A stretch of DNA of 64,000 nucleotides from Eledone cirrhosa. Lineage: Eukaryota. Each line of letters begins with the position of its first letter. Positions within the stretch are counted from its first letter, which is position 1. Position numbers and translations under genes: made by a program. The notes below the pieces were generated by a model. That model saw nothing but the letters and a program-made list of their open reading frames with translations, was not told the DNA's origin and did no database searches. Location: positions 246,450,001-246,514,000 of the forward strand of contig OZ024742.1 in assembly GCA_964016885.1 (NCBI GenBank), written 5' to 3'. This document shows, piece after piece, positions 30,760-47,849 of this stretch.

Positions 30760-31052
30760 TACGATATTAAATAAATGGAAACTATATTTATAAAACCATA
30801 TTTATTTCATTATACATATTTCAGGGATACCAAATTAAAATATGGCATGCCTTCGTCAGATAAAATACAATATATAAACAGTTTTATAAATAATTTTGAC
30901 GTACCCTATTAGAAGCGACTATTATTTTTGGAGGCTGATTGTATTTTATCTGACGAAGGCATGCCATATTTTAATTTGGTATCCCTGAAATATGTATAAT
31001 GAAATAAATATGGTTTTATAAATATAGTTTCCATTTATTTAATATCGTATAT
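30760..31052. repeat. ~110-bp perfect inverted repeat carrying a hammerhead-like motif (PLE pLTR remnant)
   Basis: 30760-30871 is the reverse complement of 30938-31050; CTGACGA AGG…CCT GAAA TATG TA at 30950-30996. Confidence 0.7.
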
Positions 31053-31134
31053 CTACTCCAAAAACTTGTCGAGTGCTTTATATCAGTTATAAAATATTTA
31101 CTTGTTGTATCCCAACAATTTAAAATAAAACTTT

Positions 31135-31188
<54 letters not shown>

Positions 31189-31317
31189 CAGAATATAAAA
31201 CAATCAAATGTTGGTTAATGCATTTAATCATCGGAGCATAGACAATGTTTAAACAAGTAATTATTAATATTTATAATTGTATATAGATTATATATATAAG
31301 TATAAATACTATTATTA

Positions 31318-31390
<73 letters not shown>

Positions 31391-31411
31391 CAACATATAT
31401 ATATAACAATA

Positions 31412-31571
31412 TGTCGGACGCCATGCTTTGACGCATAGAGTTACGGCCCTCGCCATTCTGAGTTCAAATCCCGCCGACGTTAACTTTGCCTTTCATCCTT
31501 ACGGGGTCGATAAAATAAAGTACCAGTAATGCACTGGGTAATTGCTGGCCTTGTGCCAAAAGTAGAAACAA

Positions 31572-31572
<1 letters not shown>
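31412..31572 (+). mobile_element. Meta/MESC-core SINE, 5' truncated
   Basis: Consensus match. Confidence 0.85.
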
Positions 31573-31600
<28 letters not shown>

Positions 31601-31602
<2 letters not shown>

Positions 31603-32291
31603 CTGAGTGAGTTTCTTGGTCAGTGTCCAAGTCTCAGACCCGTACAGCAGCACAGACTCCACTACAGCAATGAAGAGGCGGATTTTCATGTCTTCACGAA
31701 GGTCCGACTTCCACACCGATCTCAAGCTGTGGCACGCCGCCCAGGCTTTGCTTTTCCTCTCAACCACATCATCTTCCGTATTCCCAATCGTTGCTCCCAA
31801 ATACAGGAAGCCCTCAACCAATTCTAGCGGCTTCCCGCCTACATTAGTGATCCCCTGTGGCTTCTCAACATTCTCTACCAGATATTTTGTTTTAGTCTCA
31901 TTCATTCTCAGCCCCACACTCATCAACACAGATGGTGGATGGGTGCTACACAAGAATGCTGAGGATGGCTCTGAACATTAATCAGTATACACTGAGGATG
32001 AAAAACTCAGAGCTGTATGGGAGCATCCCAAAAGTCAGCTCAAAAGTGACACAGAGGAGACTGAGGTTAGCTGGACATGCTCACCGACATCCAGAGTTGA
32101 CATTGCACTCAGTGCTCCTGTGGGAGCCCCTACATGGACACACTAGAAGAGCAAGACCAAGGTTAACGTATGTTGATGCCCTAAGGACAGACACTGGTCT
32201 GTTGGAGACACAAGACATGGCAGCGATAATGAGGGACAGAGACCGCTGGAGAGAACTCGTCCATGGATCTCGGGAATTTTACCCGCCTTAG
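31601..32291 (+). mobile_element. RTE/RTEX-like LINE 3' fragment with 5' inversion (31601-~31930 inverted; ~31929-32291 sense)
   Basis: Minus piece GLRMNETKTK…FLYLG…SVLLYGSETWTLTKKLTQ joins plus piece MVDGCYTRMLRMAL…RRLRLAGH…LLWEP…RDRDRWR; embedded in (TA)n. Confidence 0.88.
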
Positions 32292-33328
32292 ATATATATA
32301 TATATATATATAAATATAAATATCGAAAACTCAGATTTCCTTTGAAATCTGTGATATCCTTGGACATCCATGCTCAGAATCAGAACGGTTGAATCAGAAT
32401 GGTTGAAGATCGAAAATTGTTTGTATTATCTAATTTGATTTAACGAATTTTCCGACGCAACACACTATTTCTTCTAAGCTCACTTTTATATCAACCACTT
32501 TTAAGCATTTCTAGTTTTCCTGACGTTACAAACTTTCGCTCGAATTCTCTCCTCTTCTTTATCCATTACTCTTTCTTCTTTGACCGACCATCGACGAGAT
32601 AGATCACGTTTCGTGCTTCTCTAGCCATAAGGCCATATGCCATCGTTTTGGCGTCGTGTACTTTCATGTCTCGTCCTTACTCCAGTTCAATAAAAAGCTC
32701 CTTTATTTAAGAGAGTTCTCATGCTTCACTTTTCAGCTAGCTCGACTGGGATAAGGATTTATTTCCTTGCCATTCTCCTGCTACAGTAATTTAAAGATCA
32801 CCTTCCGTCATATTTGTTTTTAGTACTAGGCATTGACAAATCCATTGTTACCAAGGAGATTGTAAACTCAACCATCAGCTGCAAATGGTATCACTCGAAT
32901 TCGATACACTGCTCCCCAGATCTTCAAAAGAAAGTGAGGAAAAATGGATCACGAACTGATTTGAAGCATAATGCACGATTTTTTGTGCGTTTACTATAGG
33001 TAGACTATTTAAACTTGCGGTTTCCCGCTGCTGAGTTTGGGCTGTTGGAGCCGTATTGTAGTTGGAGAGCACATTTCACAAAACTATTTTGCCTAATCAT
33101 CGCCCTTTGTCCTACCTAATTCCGAACAACCGTAGTGATGATTTTTCCAGTGGCTGAGGTATATTCTGAGCATTAATAGTTAGCATCTTCAATATGGATT
33201 TCCTTTGATATCTGTGATATCCTTGGACATCAAAACACAGAACGTATGCCTGAAGATCGGATATTGTGTTTGTACTGTCAAATTTGATTTACAGAATTTT
33301 CCGACGCAACACAGTACTTCTTCTAAGC

Positions 33329-33364
<36 letters not shown>

Positions 33365-33742
33365 GTATACATACATTCATGCACGTATATATATTTCTTT
33401 CAAGTATAAATGAGAGGAACACAGAGAGATGCGAAAACTCAGTCTTATTAGATTCATTCATACACACACATACACACATACAAACACACACACACATGCA
33501 CACACACACACACACACACATACACACACACACACACATACACACATACACACACACACACACACACACATATGTATGTATCTATCTATTCATATATAAT
33601 ATATATACACATATATATTTATATATATGTGTGTGTGTATGTGTATGTGTGTGTGTGTGTGTGTGTGCATTTGTGCGTGTGTGTGCGCGTGTGTGTATTT
33701 AACCATCGTTTCCTCTGATAACATATATACATATATACATAT

Positions 33743-33788
<46 letters not shown>

Positions 33789-34071
33789 CGTTGAATTGTG
33801 ATATCCGCTATTAAAATTTCCAAATAATTCACACAGATAATATTAGGAAATGGAATCGCCCTTCAGTTCGGTCTATGAGAATTGATGGTGATCGATCACC
33901 GGAAGAGTCTATTCATTGTTGAGTATTCTACTATACTGTTACATTTAATGTAATCCAAAGGTATAAGCACACATGCAACCCTTCAACCACACAGTGTGAC
34001 AGTGTGTATTGGAAGACTGGGCCTTTCTAATTTACTGGTGTAACGAAAACAGGGGCCTTAGTCTCTAATAA

Positions 34072-34217
34072 TTGTTTCTACTTTTAGCACAAGGCCAGCA
34101 ATTACTCAGTCCATTACTGGTACTTTATTTTATCGACCCCGTAAGGATGAAAGGCAAAGTTAACCTCGGCGGGATAAGAACTCCGACCCTCTACCGGTAC
34201 TGCCAATCCACCGCCCT
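34072..34217 (-). mobile_element. Meta/MESC-core SINE with internal deletion
   Basis: Consensus match. Confidence 0.75.
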
Positions 34218-34307
34218 CTTAGACTCTAATAATAACAATGGTCCTAGTGTGGACCTTAACGGAAGTAGAGTCACTCCAACTGCTTTAATCTCTGAAGTTT
34301 CATTGAT

Positions 34308-36315
34308 TGGTCCGTTGGCTAGTTGGCTGGATGGTTGGAGGATGGTTGGGTGGTTGGTTAGCTGGTTGGATGGTTGTGTTGTGGAGATGGTTGGCTGGTT
34401 GGATGGATGGTTGGGTGGTGGTGGTTGGTTGTGTGGTTGGATGGTTGTGTTGTGGGTTGTGTTGTGGGGATGGTTGGCTAGTTGGATGGATGGTTGGGGA
34501 TGGTGGTGGTTGGGTGGTTGGATGGTTATGTTGTGGGTTGTGTTGTGGGTTGTGTTGTGGGGATGGTTGGCTAGTTGGATGGATGGTTGGGGTGGTGGTG
34601 GTTGGTTGTGTGGTTGGATGGTTGTGGGTTGTGTTGTGGGTTGTGTTGTGGGAATGGCTGGCCAGTTGGATGGATGGATGGTTGGAGGATGGTTGGGTGG
34701 TTGGTTAGCTGGTTGGATGGTTATGTTGTGGAGATGGTTGGCTGGTTGGCGTGGCGGTGGTTGGGTGGTTGATTGTGTGGTTGGATGGTTGTGTTGTGGG
34801 TTGTCTTGTGGGTTGTGTTGTGGGGATGGTTGGATGGTTGGATGGATGGTTGGGGGGTGGTGGTTGGGTGGTTGGATGGTTGTGTTGTGGGGATGGTTAG
34901 CTGGTTGGATGGTTGTGTTGTGGAGATGGTTGGCTGGTTGGCTGGATGGTTGGGGGTGGTGGTTGGTTGGCTGGTTGGCTGGTTGTGTGGTTGGATGGTT
35001 GCGTTGTGGGTTGTGTTGTGGGGATGGTTGACTGGTTGGATGGATGTTTGGACGATGGTTTATTGGTTGGTTGTGTGGTTGTGTTATTCTATGGTTGGCT
35101 GTGTGGCTGTATGGTTGGAGGGTTGGTTGGTTGTGTGGTTGTTTGGGTGATTGTGTGGTTAGTTGGTTGGTTGTGTGGTTGTGTGGTTGGCTGGGTGGTT
35201 GTGTGGTTGGCTGGGTGGTTGTGTGGCTGGAGGGTTGGTTGGTTGGTTGGTTGTGTGGTTGTTTGGGTGATTGTGTGGTTAGTTGGTTGGTTGTGTGGTT
35301 GTGTGGTTGGCTGGGTGGTTGTGTGGTTGGCTGGGTGGTTGTGTGGCGGGAAGATTAGTTGGTTGTGTGGTTGTGTGGTTGTTTGGGTGATTGTGTGGTT
35401 AGTTGGTTGGTTATGTGGTTGTGTGGTTGGCTGGGTGATTGTGTGGTTGGCTGGGTGGTTGTGTGGTTGGCTGGGTGGTTGTGTGGCTGGAGGGTTGGTT
35501 GGTTGTGTCGTTGTGTGGTTGTTTGGGTGATTGTGTGGTTAGTTGGTTGGTTGTGTGGTTGTGTGGTTGGCTGGGTGGTTGTGTGGTTGGCTGGGTGGTT
35601 GTGTGGTTGGCTGGGTGGTTGTGTGGCTGGAGGGTTGGTTGGTTGTGTCGTTGTGTGGTTGTTTGGGTGATTGTGTGGTTAGTTGGTTGGTTGTGTGGTT
35701 GTGTGGTTGGCTGGGTGGTTGTGTGACTGGAGGGTTGGTTGGTTGTGTGGTTGTGTGGTTGTTTGGGTGATTGTGTGGTTAGTTGTTTGGTTGTTTCGTT
35801 GGCTGGGTGGTTGGGTGGTTGGAGGTTTGGTTGGTTGTGTGGTTATGTGGTTGTGTGGTTGTGTGGCTGGAGGGTTGGTTGGTTGTGTAGTTGTGTGGTT
35901 GTGTGGTTGGTGTATTGGTTCGTTTATTAGGTGAGTGTGTTGTGTGTTTGAGTGGTTGGATAGTTGGTTTACTGATTATTTGGGTGGGTGGCTGTATGGT
36001 TGGATGGTTAGTTTATTGGCTGGTTATTTGGCTGGTTGTGTTGTTGGTTGGTTTACGGGAGGGTGGTTGGGTGATTGGCTGGTTGCGCTTGTGTGGTTAG
36101 TTAGTTGGGTGGTTGGGGAATGTGTGTTTGGATGGTTCATTCATTAGTTGGTTTATTGGTTGTTTGGCTGGTTGCCTGGCTGGATGGTGGATGGTTGGTT
36201 CAGTGATTGGCTGGTTGAGTGATTGACTGGTTAGCCAGTCGGTTGAGTTTCTGGTTGTTGGTTGGTTCAATGGTTGACTGGATAGTTGATAATAGATTGA
36301 ATGGTTGGATGGTTG
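34308..36315. repeat. Degenerate GT-rich satellite (GGTT/GGAT/GGTTGTGT units, 20-bp and ~60-bp higher periods)
   Basis: Direct reading; produces all the W/V/G/C-rich spurious ORFs. Confidence 0.9.
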
Positions 36316-36345
36316 TTTCAACACCAGCACCACCAGCAACACCAT

Positions 36346-36390
<45 letters not shown>

Positions 36391-36707
36391 ACGAGAATAC
36401 TATTACCACAGGAATACAGTTATCAGTACACTACAACAAGTACACCACAATCACTCCAACCCCCAACATCACCATCACCACCGCCGCCGCCACCACCACC
36501 ACCACCATTAATACCACCACAACTCTATACATCCCTAAATACACTTTAACATCTCTTAATGACATATTCATTAAATACAATTTCTTTTTCACATTGTTAA
36601 TTACATATCTTTAATTAACAGACTTTAATTAAGACAACTTTAATTACACTTCACTCTCACCATCCAATAAGACCGCTTATATATTCACTAAATTCACACA
36701 CACACAC

Positions 36708-36908
<201 letters not shown>

Positions 36909-36924
36909 GAGAGAGAGAGCTAGC

Positions 36925-36956
<32 letters not shown>

Positions 36957-37639
36957 CAGTACATGTTAAAATTTCATATACTTAATATGTATGCGTGATC
37001 TTAGGTTTCGGGTCCAGTTTTGTCGATCACTGTATAGTGGAATAGTCATTCTAAAACTTGCTTCGCTCATCAGGCGTAAGGACACAATTTAAAGAAAAAC
37101 CGTTACTTCACGATATTTGGTCACATTTCGTCGATAGCTCTTCTTAATAACAAAGAGGGGTAATTCACAAAATAAACCCTAAATTGTAAAGATACAAGAC
37201 TACATGCTTCGAATTGAATTGAATATATAATATGTTCGTGACTTAAGTTGTAAATTAATCTGTTGTATAGGAAGGTTTGAATAGAAATGTATGTGTTACC
37301 TAGTGTATAAGGTATTGTATAAATCTTAAATCACTTCTAAAAGATTCCTAAAAAATAATAAAACCTGAACACTAAAAACAAATACGAAAACCATATGTAC
37401 AACCCAGTGTGTAATGTAAGTTTGTGTAATGTAACCTGCATTTAAAAATATTTTTCTAACAATTTCCTAAAATTAAAAAAAACCCTGAACACTAAAAATT
37501 GCAGGGGGCTTTGTGATGTGGTGTATATCTTGTGTGTGTGTGTTCGTGGATCTGGTATATGTGTATTTTTGTGCGTGTATAGGTGACAGATAAATAGGTT
37601 CATGCAGTATTTAGCAGGTCTAGTGAGAGGACATCTTAA

Positions 37640-37875
37640 GGTGTTGGCTTACAGTTAGACAGGAGAGGGGTTTTCCGATGCAAACGATACCTAAAAATTT
37701 CAGTCTTGGAGTTTAGATACTTGTTTGGTGAATATAATCTTTACAAAATCCAAAATTTTCACAGGGGCAGAGTCGGTATCTTTTAGATCCATTTATGTAT
37801 GGCGTGGATTTGTCAAGCACCTTCCTTGTTATATCATGCGGCATTTTTAAGCTGCCAGACCCTTTTTAGCCAGAG
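37640..37875 (-). pseudogene. Naiad PLE GIY-YIG C-terminal remnant, with degenerate hammerhead-like motif downstream (~36995-37077)
   Basis: Hand translation LAKRVWQLK…VLDKSTPYINGSKRYRLCPCE…LNSKTEIF…HRK; CTGATGA…GAAAC on minus near 37.0 kb. Confidence 0.6.
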
Positions 37876-37909
37876 CTAGCTAGTTTTCATATCGGGATGC
37901 CTGAATGAG

Positions 37910-38010
<101 letters not shown>

Positions 38011-38656
38011 ACATGAAGGGTGGAACAAAGTATCAATATTGCATCTTATACATATTCTATTCACACATGACATGTGTTTCTTTGTCGATTAGTACAATGT
38101 ACGATCTATCGCAATCGGGCCCGATTATGTAATCAATAGCTCCTCAGATTTGTGAGTCTACATGTGTACATGCTTACATACAAAGCCCAGCTAAGTATAT
38201 ATACATATATATATATAAATATAATCAATATTAAAAAAAGAAAGTGTTAACGAAGTGTTTAACAAAATATAATTTGCGTCATTTATAGCGACATTTTTAT
38301 TCATGGACGTGAAACAAGTTTATCAAACATTCAGCAATTTAGTCTTGTATTCATTCTACATTGTTTGTCTATAATGAAATTATCGTTCGTTAGAATAATG
38401 AAGATACATTCGAAATTATCAATAATTATCAGTCATTCTGATTAAAATATAACTCTGACTGACTGGGTAATACTTCTGCTTGCGTCAGTTCTAATTTAGA
38501 AAACCATTCACTGAAAATGCAAAGAAAGTCTGAAGCGATACATTTTTTATCTGCCTGTTGCTCAATATAGATTAGTAACAAGGAGAAAAACGTCTAAAGT
38601 TGATAGCGTATTAAAGTAGTCAGTTTTGAGAGGCAAACGACTTACTAAAGCGATAA

Positions 38657-38790
38657 TTGTTTCTACTTTCGGCACAAGGCCAGCAATAACACAGTGTATT
38701 ACTGGTACTTTATTTTATCAACCCCGTAAGGATGGAAGGCAAAGTTAACCTCGGCGGGATTTGAACTCAGAATGGCAAGGGCCGTAACTC
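38657..38790 (-). mobile_element. Meta/MESC-core SINE, 5' truncated
   Basis: Consensus match. Confidence 0.8.
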
Positions 38791-38849
38791 TTTGCTAAGA
38801 GATAATATTTTTATCTATTCTTTACCAGAATGAGAAGGAAAACCCCATA

Positions 38850-41800
38850 GACGACATCTATAGGGTAGTGTTGATATAAACATTATAGAGACTATATCTA
38901 TAGGGTAGTGTTGATATACACATTATATAGCACATCTATAGGGTAGTGTTGATATAAACACCATAGACCAGTTCTATAGGATAGTGTTGATATTAACACC
39001 ATAGACCAGTTCTATAGGGTAGTGTTGATATAAACACCATAGACCAGTTCTATAGGGTAGTGTTGACATAAACATCATAGACCAGTTCTATAGGGCAGTG
39101 TTGATATAAACACATTAGACCAGTTCTATAGGGTAGTGTTGATATAAACACCATAGACCAGTTCTATAGGGTAGTGTTGATATAAACACCATAGACCAGT
39201 TCTATAAGGTAGTGTTGATATAAACACCATAGACCAGTTCTATAGGGTAGTGTTGACATAAACATCATAGACCAGTTCTATAGGGTAGTGTTGATATTAA
39301 CACCATAGACCAGTTCTATAGGGTAGTGTTGATATAAACACCATAGACCAGTTCTATAGGGTAGGGTTGATATAAACACCATAGACCAGCTCTATAGGGT
39401 AGTGTTGATATAAACACCATAGACCAGTTCTATAGGGTAGTGTTGATATAAACATCATAGACCAGTTCTATAGGGTAGTGTTGATATTAACACCATAGAC
39501 CAGTTCTATAGGGTAGTGTTGACATAAACACCATAGACCAGTTCTATAGGGTAGTGTTGACATAAACATCATAGACCAGCTCTATAGGGTAGTGTTGATA
39601 TAAACACCATAGACCAGTTCTATAGGGTAGTGTTGATATAAACATCATAGACCAGTTCTATAGGGCAGGGTTAATATAAACACCATAGACCAGTTCTATA
39701 GGGTAGTGTTGATATAAACACAATAGACCAGTTCTATAGGGTAGTGTTGATATAAACACCATAGACCAGTTCTATAGGGTAGTGTTGATATAAACACCAT
39801 AGACCAGTTCTATAGGGTAGTGTTGATATAAACACCATAGACCAGTTCTATAGGGTAGTGTTGATATAAACACCATAGACCAGTTCTATAGGGTAGTGTT
39901 GATATAAACACCATAGACCAGTTCTATAGGGTAGTGTTGATATAAACACCATAGACCAGTTCTATAGGGTAGTGTTGATATAAACACAATAGACCAGTTC
40001 TATAGGGTCGTGTTGATATAAACACAATAGACCAGTTCTATAGGGTAGGGTTGATATAAACACCATAGACCAGTTCTATAGGGTAGTGTTGATATAAACA
40101 TCATAGACCAGTTCTATAGGGTAGTGTTGATATAAACATCATAGACCAGTTCTATAGGGTAGGGTTGATATAAACATCATAGACCAGTTCTATAGGGTAG
40201 GGTTGATATAAACATCATAGACCAGTTCTATAGGGTAGGGTTGATATAAACATCATAGACCAGTTCTATAGGGTAGTGTTGATATAAACATCATAGACCA
40301 GTTCTATAGGGTAGGGTTGATATAAACATCATAGACCAGTTCTATAGGGTAGGGTTGATATAAACATCATAGACCAGTTCTATAGGGTAGGGTTGATATA
40401 AACATCATAGACCAGTTCTATAGGGTAGTGTTGATATAAACATCATAGACCAGTTCTATAGGGTAGGGTTGATATAAACATCATAGACCAGTTCTATAGG
40501 GTAGGGTTGATATAAACATCATAGACCAGTTCTATAGGGTAGGGTTGATATAAACATCATAGACCAGTTCTATAGGGTAGGGTTGATATAAACATCATAG
40601 ACCAGTTCTATAGGGTAGGGTTGATATAAACACCATAGACCAGCTCTATAGGGTAGTGTTGATATAAACATCATAGACCAGTTCTATAGGGTAGGGTTGA
40701 TATAAACATCATAGACCAGTTCTATAGGGTAGGGTTGATATAAACACCATAGACCAGTTCTATAGGGTAGGGTTGATATAAACACCATAGACCAGTTCTA
40801 TAGGGTAGTGTTGATATAAACACCATAGACCAGTTCTATAGGGTAGTGTTGATATAAACACAATAGACCAGTTCTATAGGGTAGTGTTGATATAAACACA
40901 ATAGACCAGTTCTATAGGGTAGGGTTGATATAAACATCATAGACCAGTTCTATAGGGTAGGGTTGATATAAACATCATAGACCAGTTCTATAGGGTAGGG
41001 TTGATATAAACATCATAGACCAGTTCTATAGGGTAGTGTTGATATAAACATCATAGACCAGTTCTATAGGGTAGGGTTGATATAAACATCATAGACCAGT
41101 TCTATAGGGTAGGGTTGATATAAACATCATAGACCAGTTCTATAGGGTAGGGTTGATATAAACATCATAGACCAGTTCTATAGGGTAGTGTTGATATAAA
41201 CATCATAGACCAGTTCTATAGGGTAGGGTTGATATAAACATCATAGACCAGTTCTATAGGGTAGGGTTGATATAAACATCATAGACCAGTTCTATAGGGT
41301 AGTGTTGATATAAACATCATAGACCAGTTCTATAGGGTAGGGTTGATATAAACATCATAGACCAGTTCTATAGGGTAGGGTTGATATAAACATCATAGAC
41401 CAGTTCTATAGGGTAGGGTTGATATAAACATCATAGACCAGTTCTATAGGGTAGTGTTGATATAAACATCATAGACCCGTTCTATAGGGTAGGGTTGATA
41501 TAAACATCATAGACCAGTTCTATAGGGTAGGGTTGATATAAACATCATAGACCAGTACTATAGGGTAGGGTTGATATAAACATCATAGACCAGTTCTATA
41601 GGGTAGGGTTGATATAAACATCATAGACCAGTTCTATAGGGTAGTGTTGATATAAACATCATAGACCAGTTCTATAGGGTAGGGTTGATATAAACATCAT
41701 AGACCAGTTCTATAGGGTAGGGTTGATATAAACATCATAGACCAGTTCTATAGGGTAGGGTTGATATAAACATCATAGACCAGTTCTATAGGGTAGGGTT

Positions 41801-42112
41801 GATATAAACATCATAGACCAGTTCTATAGGGTAGGGTTGATATAAACACCATAGACCAGCTCTATAGGGTAGTGTTGATATAAACATCATAGACCAGTTC
41901 TATAGGGTAGGGTTGATATAAACATCATAGACCAGTTCTATAGGGCAGGGTTGATATAAACATCATAGACCAGTTCTATAGGGTAGTGTTGATATAAACA
42001 TCATAGACCAGTTCTATAGGGTAGTGTTGATATAAACATCATAGACCAGTTCTATAGGGTAGGGTTGATATAAACATCATAGACCAGTTCTATAGGGCAG
42101 GGTTGATATAAA
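38850..42112. repeat. 38-bp minisatellite, ~85 copies (ATAGACCAGTTCTATAGGGTAG[T/G]GTTGATATAAACA[C/T]C)
   Basis: Period 38 (e.g. 39001 and 39039); no unique spacers. Confidence 0.97.
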
Positions 42113-42634
42113 GCATTCTACATTGTTCTCAAATGAAAACCATTTGACTAATTTTCAGAAATTCTTAACTGCATGTTTAACGATGACGCTCTTAAAAAAA
42201 AATTAAAATAAATTAAACCATTCCTCTTGGCGAAAGAAAAATTATTAAGCCCTATGTAATTGTTTGCGGCGAAAAAAGAATAATGATCGATAGCAAACAG
42301 GGAGAAATACGGAAGTGTTTCTGTCTTATTGCACCTCATCCGTGTAGCAGTGCCTTCTCAAGCTTGGTTCATTCAATCGACTGGTTTTATACAAGCAGAA
42401 AAAGTGATGGAGATTTTGTTGGCTGAATAAAAGAAACAAAAACGTTTACTTACCATACCACGTCACGAAAACAACCTCAGCACACCACATCACAACTACA
42501 CAACCTCTCACAACTACACCACCACTAACACTATCATATATACCACCACACCGTCACCCCTACCAACATCATTCACCACGACCACCACCACTACCGTCAC
42601 CACCACCACCACTACCGTCACCACCACCACCATC

Positions 42635-42666
<32 letters not shown>

Positions 42667-42754
42667 CACCACCACCACCACCACCACTGTCTTACACAAT
42701 CCACTCTCACTTAATCTACTAAAAAGCCTGTTTATTTCGTTTTCTTTTGTGGAA

Positions 42755-45380
<2,626 letters not shown>

Positions 45381-45599
45381 GAAGTTGACTATGGTGTAAT
45401 GGTAGGGTAATTCACCACCACCACCACCTTCTTTCCTTCTCTCTACTCCGCCTCACCAATCAATGCTAGAAATTTATTGAGAGCGTTATATTACAGTGAG
45501 TGACTTCAGTGAAAGAAAACAAGGGTGGGGGAGATTTAGGGGACGGGACAGGAAAAAGAAAACATGGAGAGGAAGACGAAAGATAAGTAGAAGAAATGA

Positions 45600-45606
45600 A
45601 GTAGCG

Positions 45607-45638
<32 letters not shown>

Positions 45639-45816
45639 TGTAGTAGTAGTAGTTGTAGTAGTTGTAGTAGTTGTAGTAGTAGTAGTAGTTGTAGTAGTAG
45701 TAGTAGTAGTAGTTGTAGTAGTAGTAGTAGTTGTAGTAGTAGTTGTAGTAGTAGTAGTAGTAGTAGTAGTAGTTGTAGTTGTTGTAGTAGCAGTAGTAGT
45801 AGTAATAGTAGTAGTT

Positions 45817-45849
<33 letters not shown>

Positions 45850-46089
45850 ATAGTAGTAGTAGTAGTAGTTGTAGTAGTAGTTGTAGTAGTAGTAGTAGTT
45901 GTAGTAGTAGTAGTAGTAGTTGTAGTAGTAGTAGTAGTTGTAGTAGTAGTTGTAGTAGTAGTAGTAGTAGTAGTTGTAGTTGTTGTAGTAGTAGTAGTAG
46001 TAGTAATAGTAGTAGTTGTAGTAGTAGTAGTAGTTGTAGTAGTAGTAGTAGTAGTAGTTGTAGTAGTAGTAGTAGTTGTAGTAGTAGTT

Positions 46090-46121
<32 letters not shown>

Positions 46122-46164
46122 TGTAGTTGTTGTAGTAGTAGTAGTAGTAGTAATAGTAGTAGTT

Positions 46165-46203
<39 letters not shown>

Positions 46204-46204
46204 A

Positions 46205-46262
<58 letters not shown>

Positions 46263-46965
46263 TGTAGTAGTAGTAGTTGTAGTAGTAGTTGTAGTAGTAG
46301 TTGTAGTAGTAGTTGTAGTAGTAGTAGTAGTAGAAGTAGTAGTTGTAGTAGTAGTAGTACTAGTTGTTGTAGTAGTTGTAGTAGTTGTAGTAGTAGTAGT
46401 AGTTGTAGAAGAAGAAGAAGAAGAAGAAGAAGAAGAAGAAGAAGAAGAAGAAGAAGAAGAAGAAGAAGAAGATGGTGGTGAGGAAGAAGAAATGTATGTA
46501 TATTCGGTGACTGAGAAGAAACACCGCAACCACCAGCAACACCAACACCACTACCAACAATTATGATAACGTCACCAACCGCACCACCACCATTACCACC
46601 ACCACCGTTACCACCACCGTTACCACCACAATCACCAACACCAGCACCGTCACCACCATCACCACAACCGTCACCATCACCATCACCATCACCGTCACCA
46701 CCATCACCATCACCACCACCATCATCATCACCATCACCACCACCATCACCACCATCACCACCACCGTCACCACCACCATCATTACCACCACCATCACTAC
46801 CATCACCACCGCCAACATCACCACCCTCACCACCACCACCACCACCACTTCCACCACCACCACCACCCTCACCACCACCACCACCATCACCACCATCACC
46901 ACCACCGTCAACACCACCACCATTACCACCACCATCACCACCGTCACTACCAACAACAACAATAA
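45600..46965. repeat. (GTA/GTT)n, (GAA)n and (CAC/CAT)n trinucleotide arrays
   Basis: Direct reading; source of the 347/356-aa poly-T/poly-V and poly-P ORFs. Confidence 0.95.
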
Positions 46966-47105
46966 CAACAACAGGGAGAACAATTTCAAGATGTCGGCCA
47001 CAAAAGAAACAAACAGTAAGATGAAATAAGACTGAGTTGACACAAAAAAAGCAATTTCTTTATTAAAATATGTGTACCTTCTCTATTTCACTAGCTATCT
47101 CTGAG

Positions 47106-47226
<121 letters not shown>

Positions 47227-47333
47227 CATATATATATACATATATATAAATACATATATATATACATATATATATACATATATATATAAATATATATATA
47301 AATATATACATATATATATACATATATATATAC

Positions 47334-47370
<37 letters not shown>

Positions 47371-47445
47371 AACATATATATATATACACACACATGTATA
47401 TATATATATCTATATATATATATACACACACACACTATACTCTCT

Positions 47446-47519
<74 letters not shown>

Positions 47520-47587
47520 TGTATATCTATATATCTATATATATATATATACACTCACACACACTATACTCTCACACACACACACAT

Positions 47588-47691
<104 letters not shown>

Positions 47692-47849
47692 CTGCCAGCT
47701 CTATTTCGCTATCTATCAATCTATGAACAGGACACACACGCAACCGAACTCACAGACATACACCACGAGTGTGTGTGTGGCGGAATGTTATATCTTCTGT
47801 TGGTTAAAACTATGAGCAGTCAGTTGTGCGATCAAGTGGAGACCCAGAA

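Noticed and set aside
32600-32660. Third family of the scrambled-hammerhead motif (GGCATATGGCC on minus)
   Set aside because: Lacks matching GAAATGCC and CUGAUGA strands
34072-36147. Long W/V/G/C-rich ORFs (up to 319 aa)
   Set aside because: Translation of a GT-rich satellite, open in several frames
38850-42112. CRISPR array
   Set aside because: Units are contiguous with no unique spacers, no cas genes, and the context is eukaryotic
46975-47020. Possible micro-exon (AG…GTAAG)
   Set aside because: No polypyrimidine tract and no supporting neighbouring exons
45486-47043. Mucin-like poly-Thr, poly-Val and extensin-like poly-Pro ORFs
   Set aside because: Trinucleotide microsatellites open on both strands, with no splice or domain context
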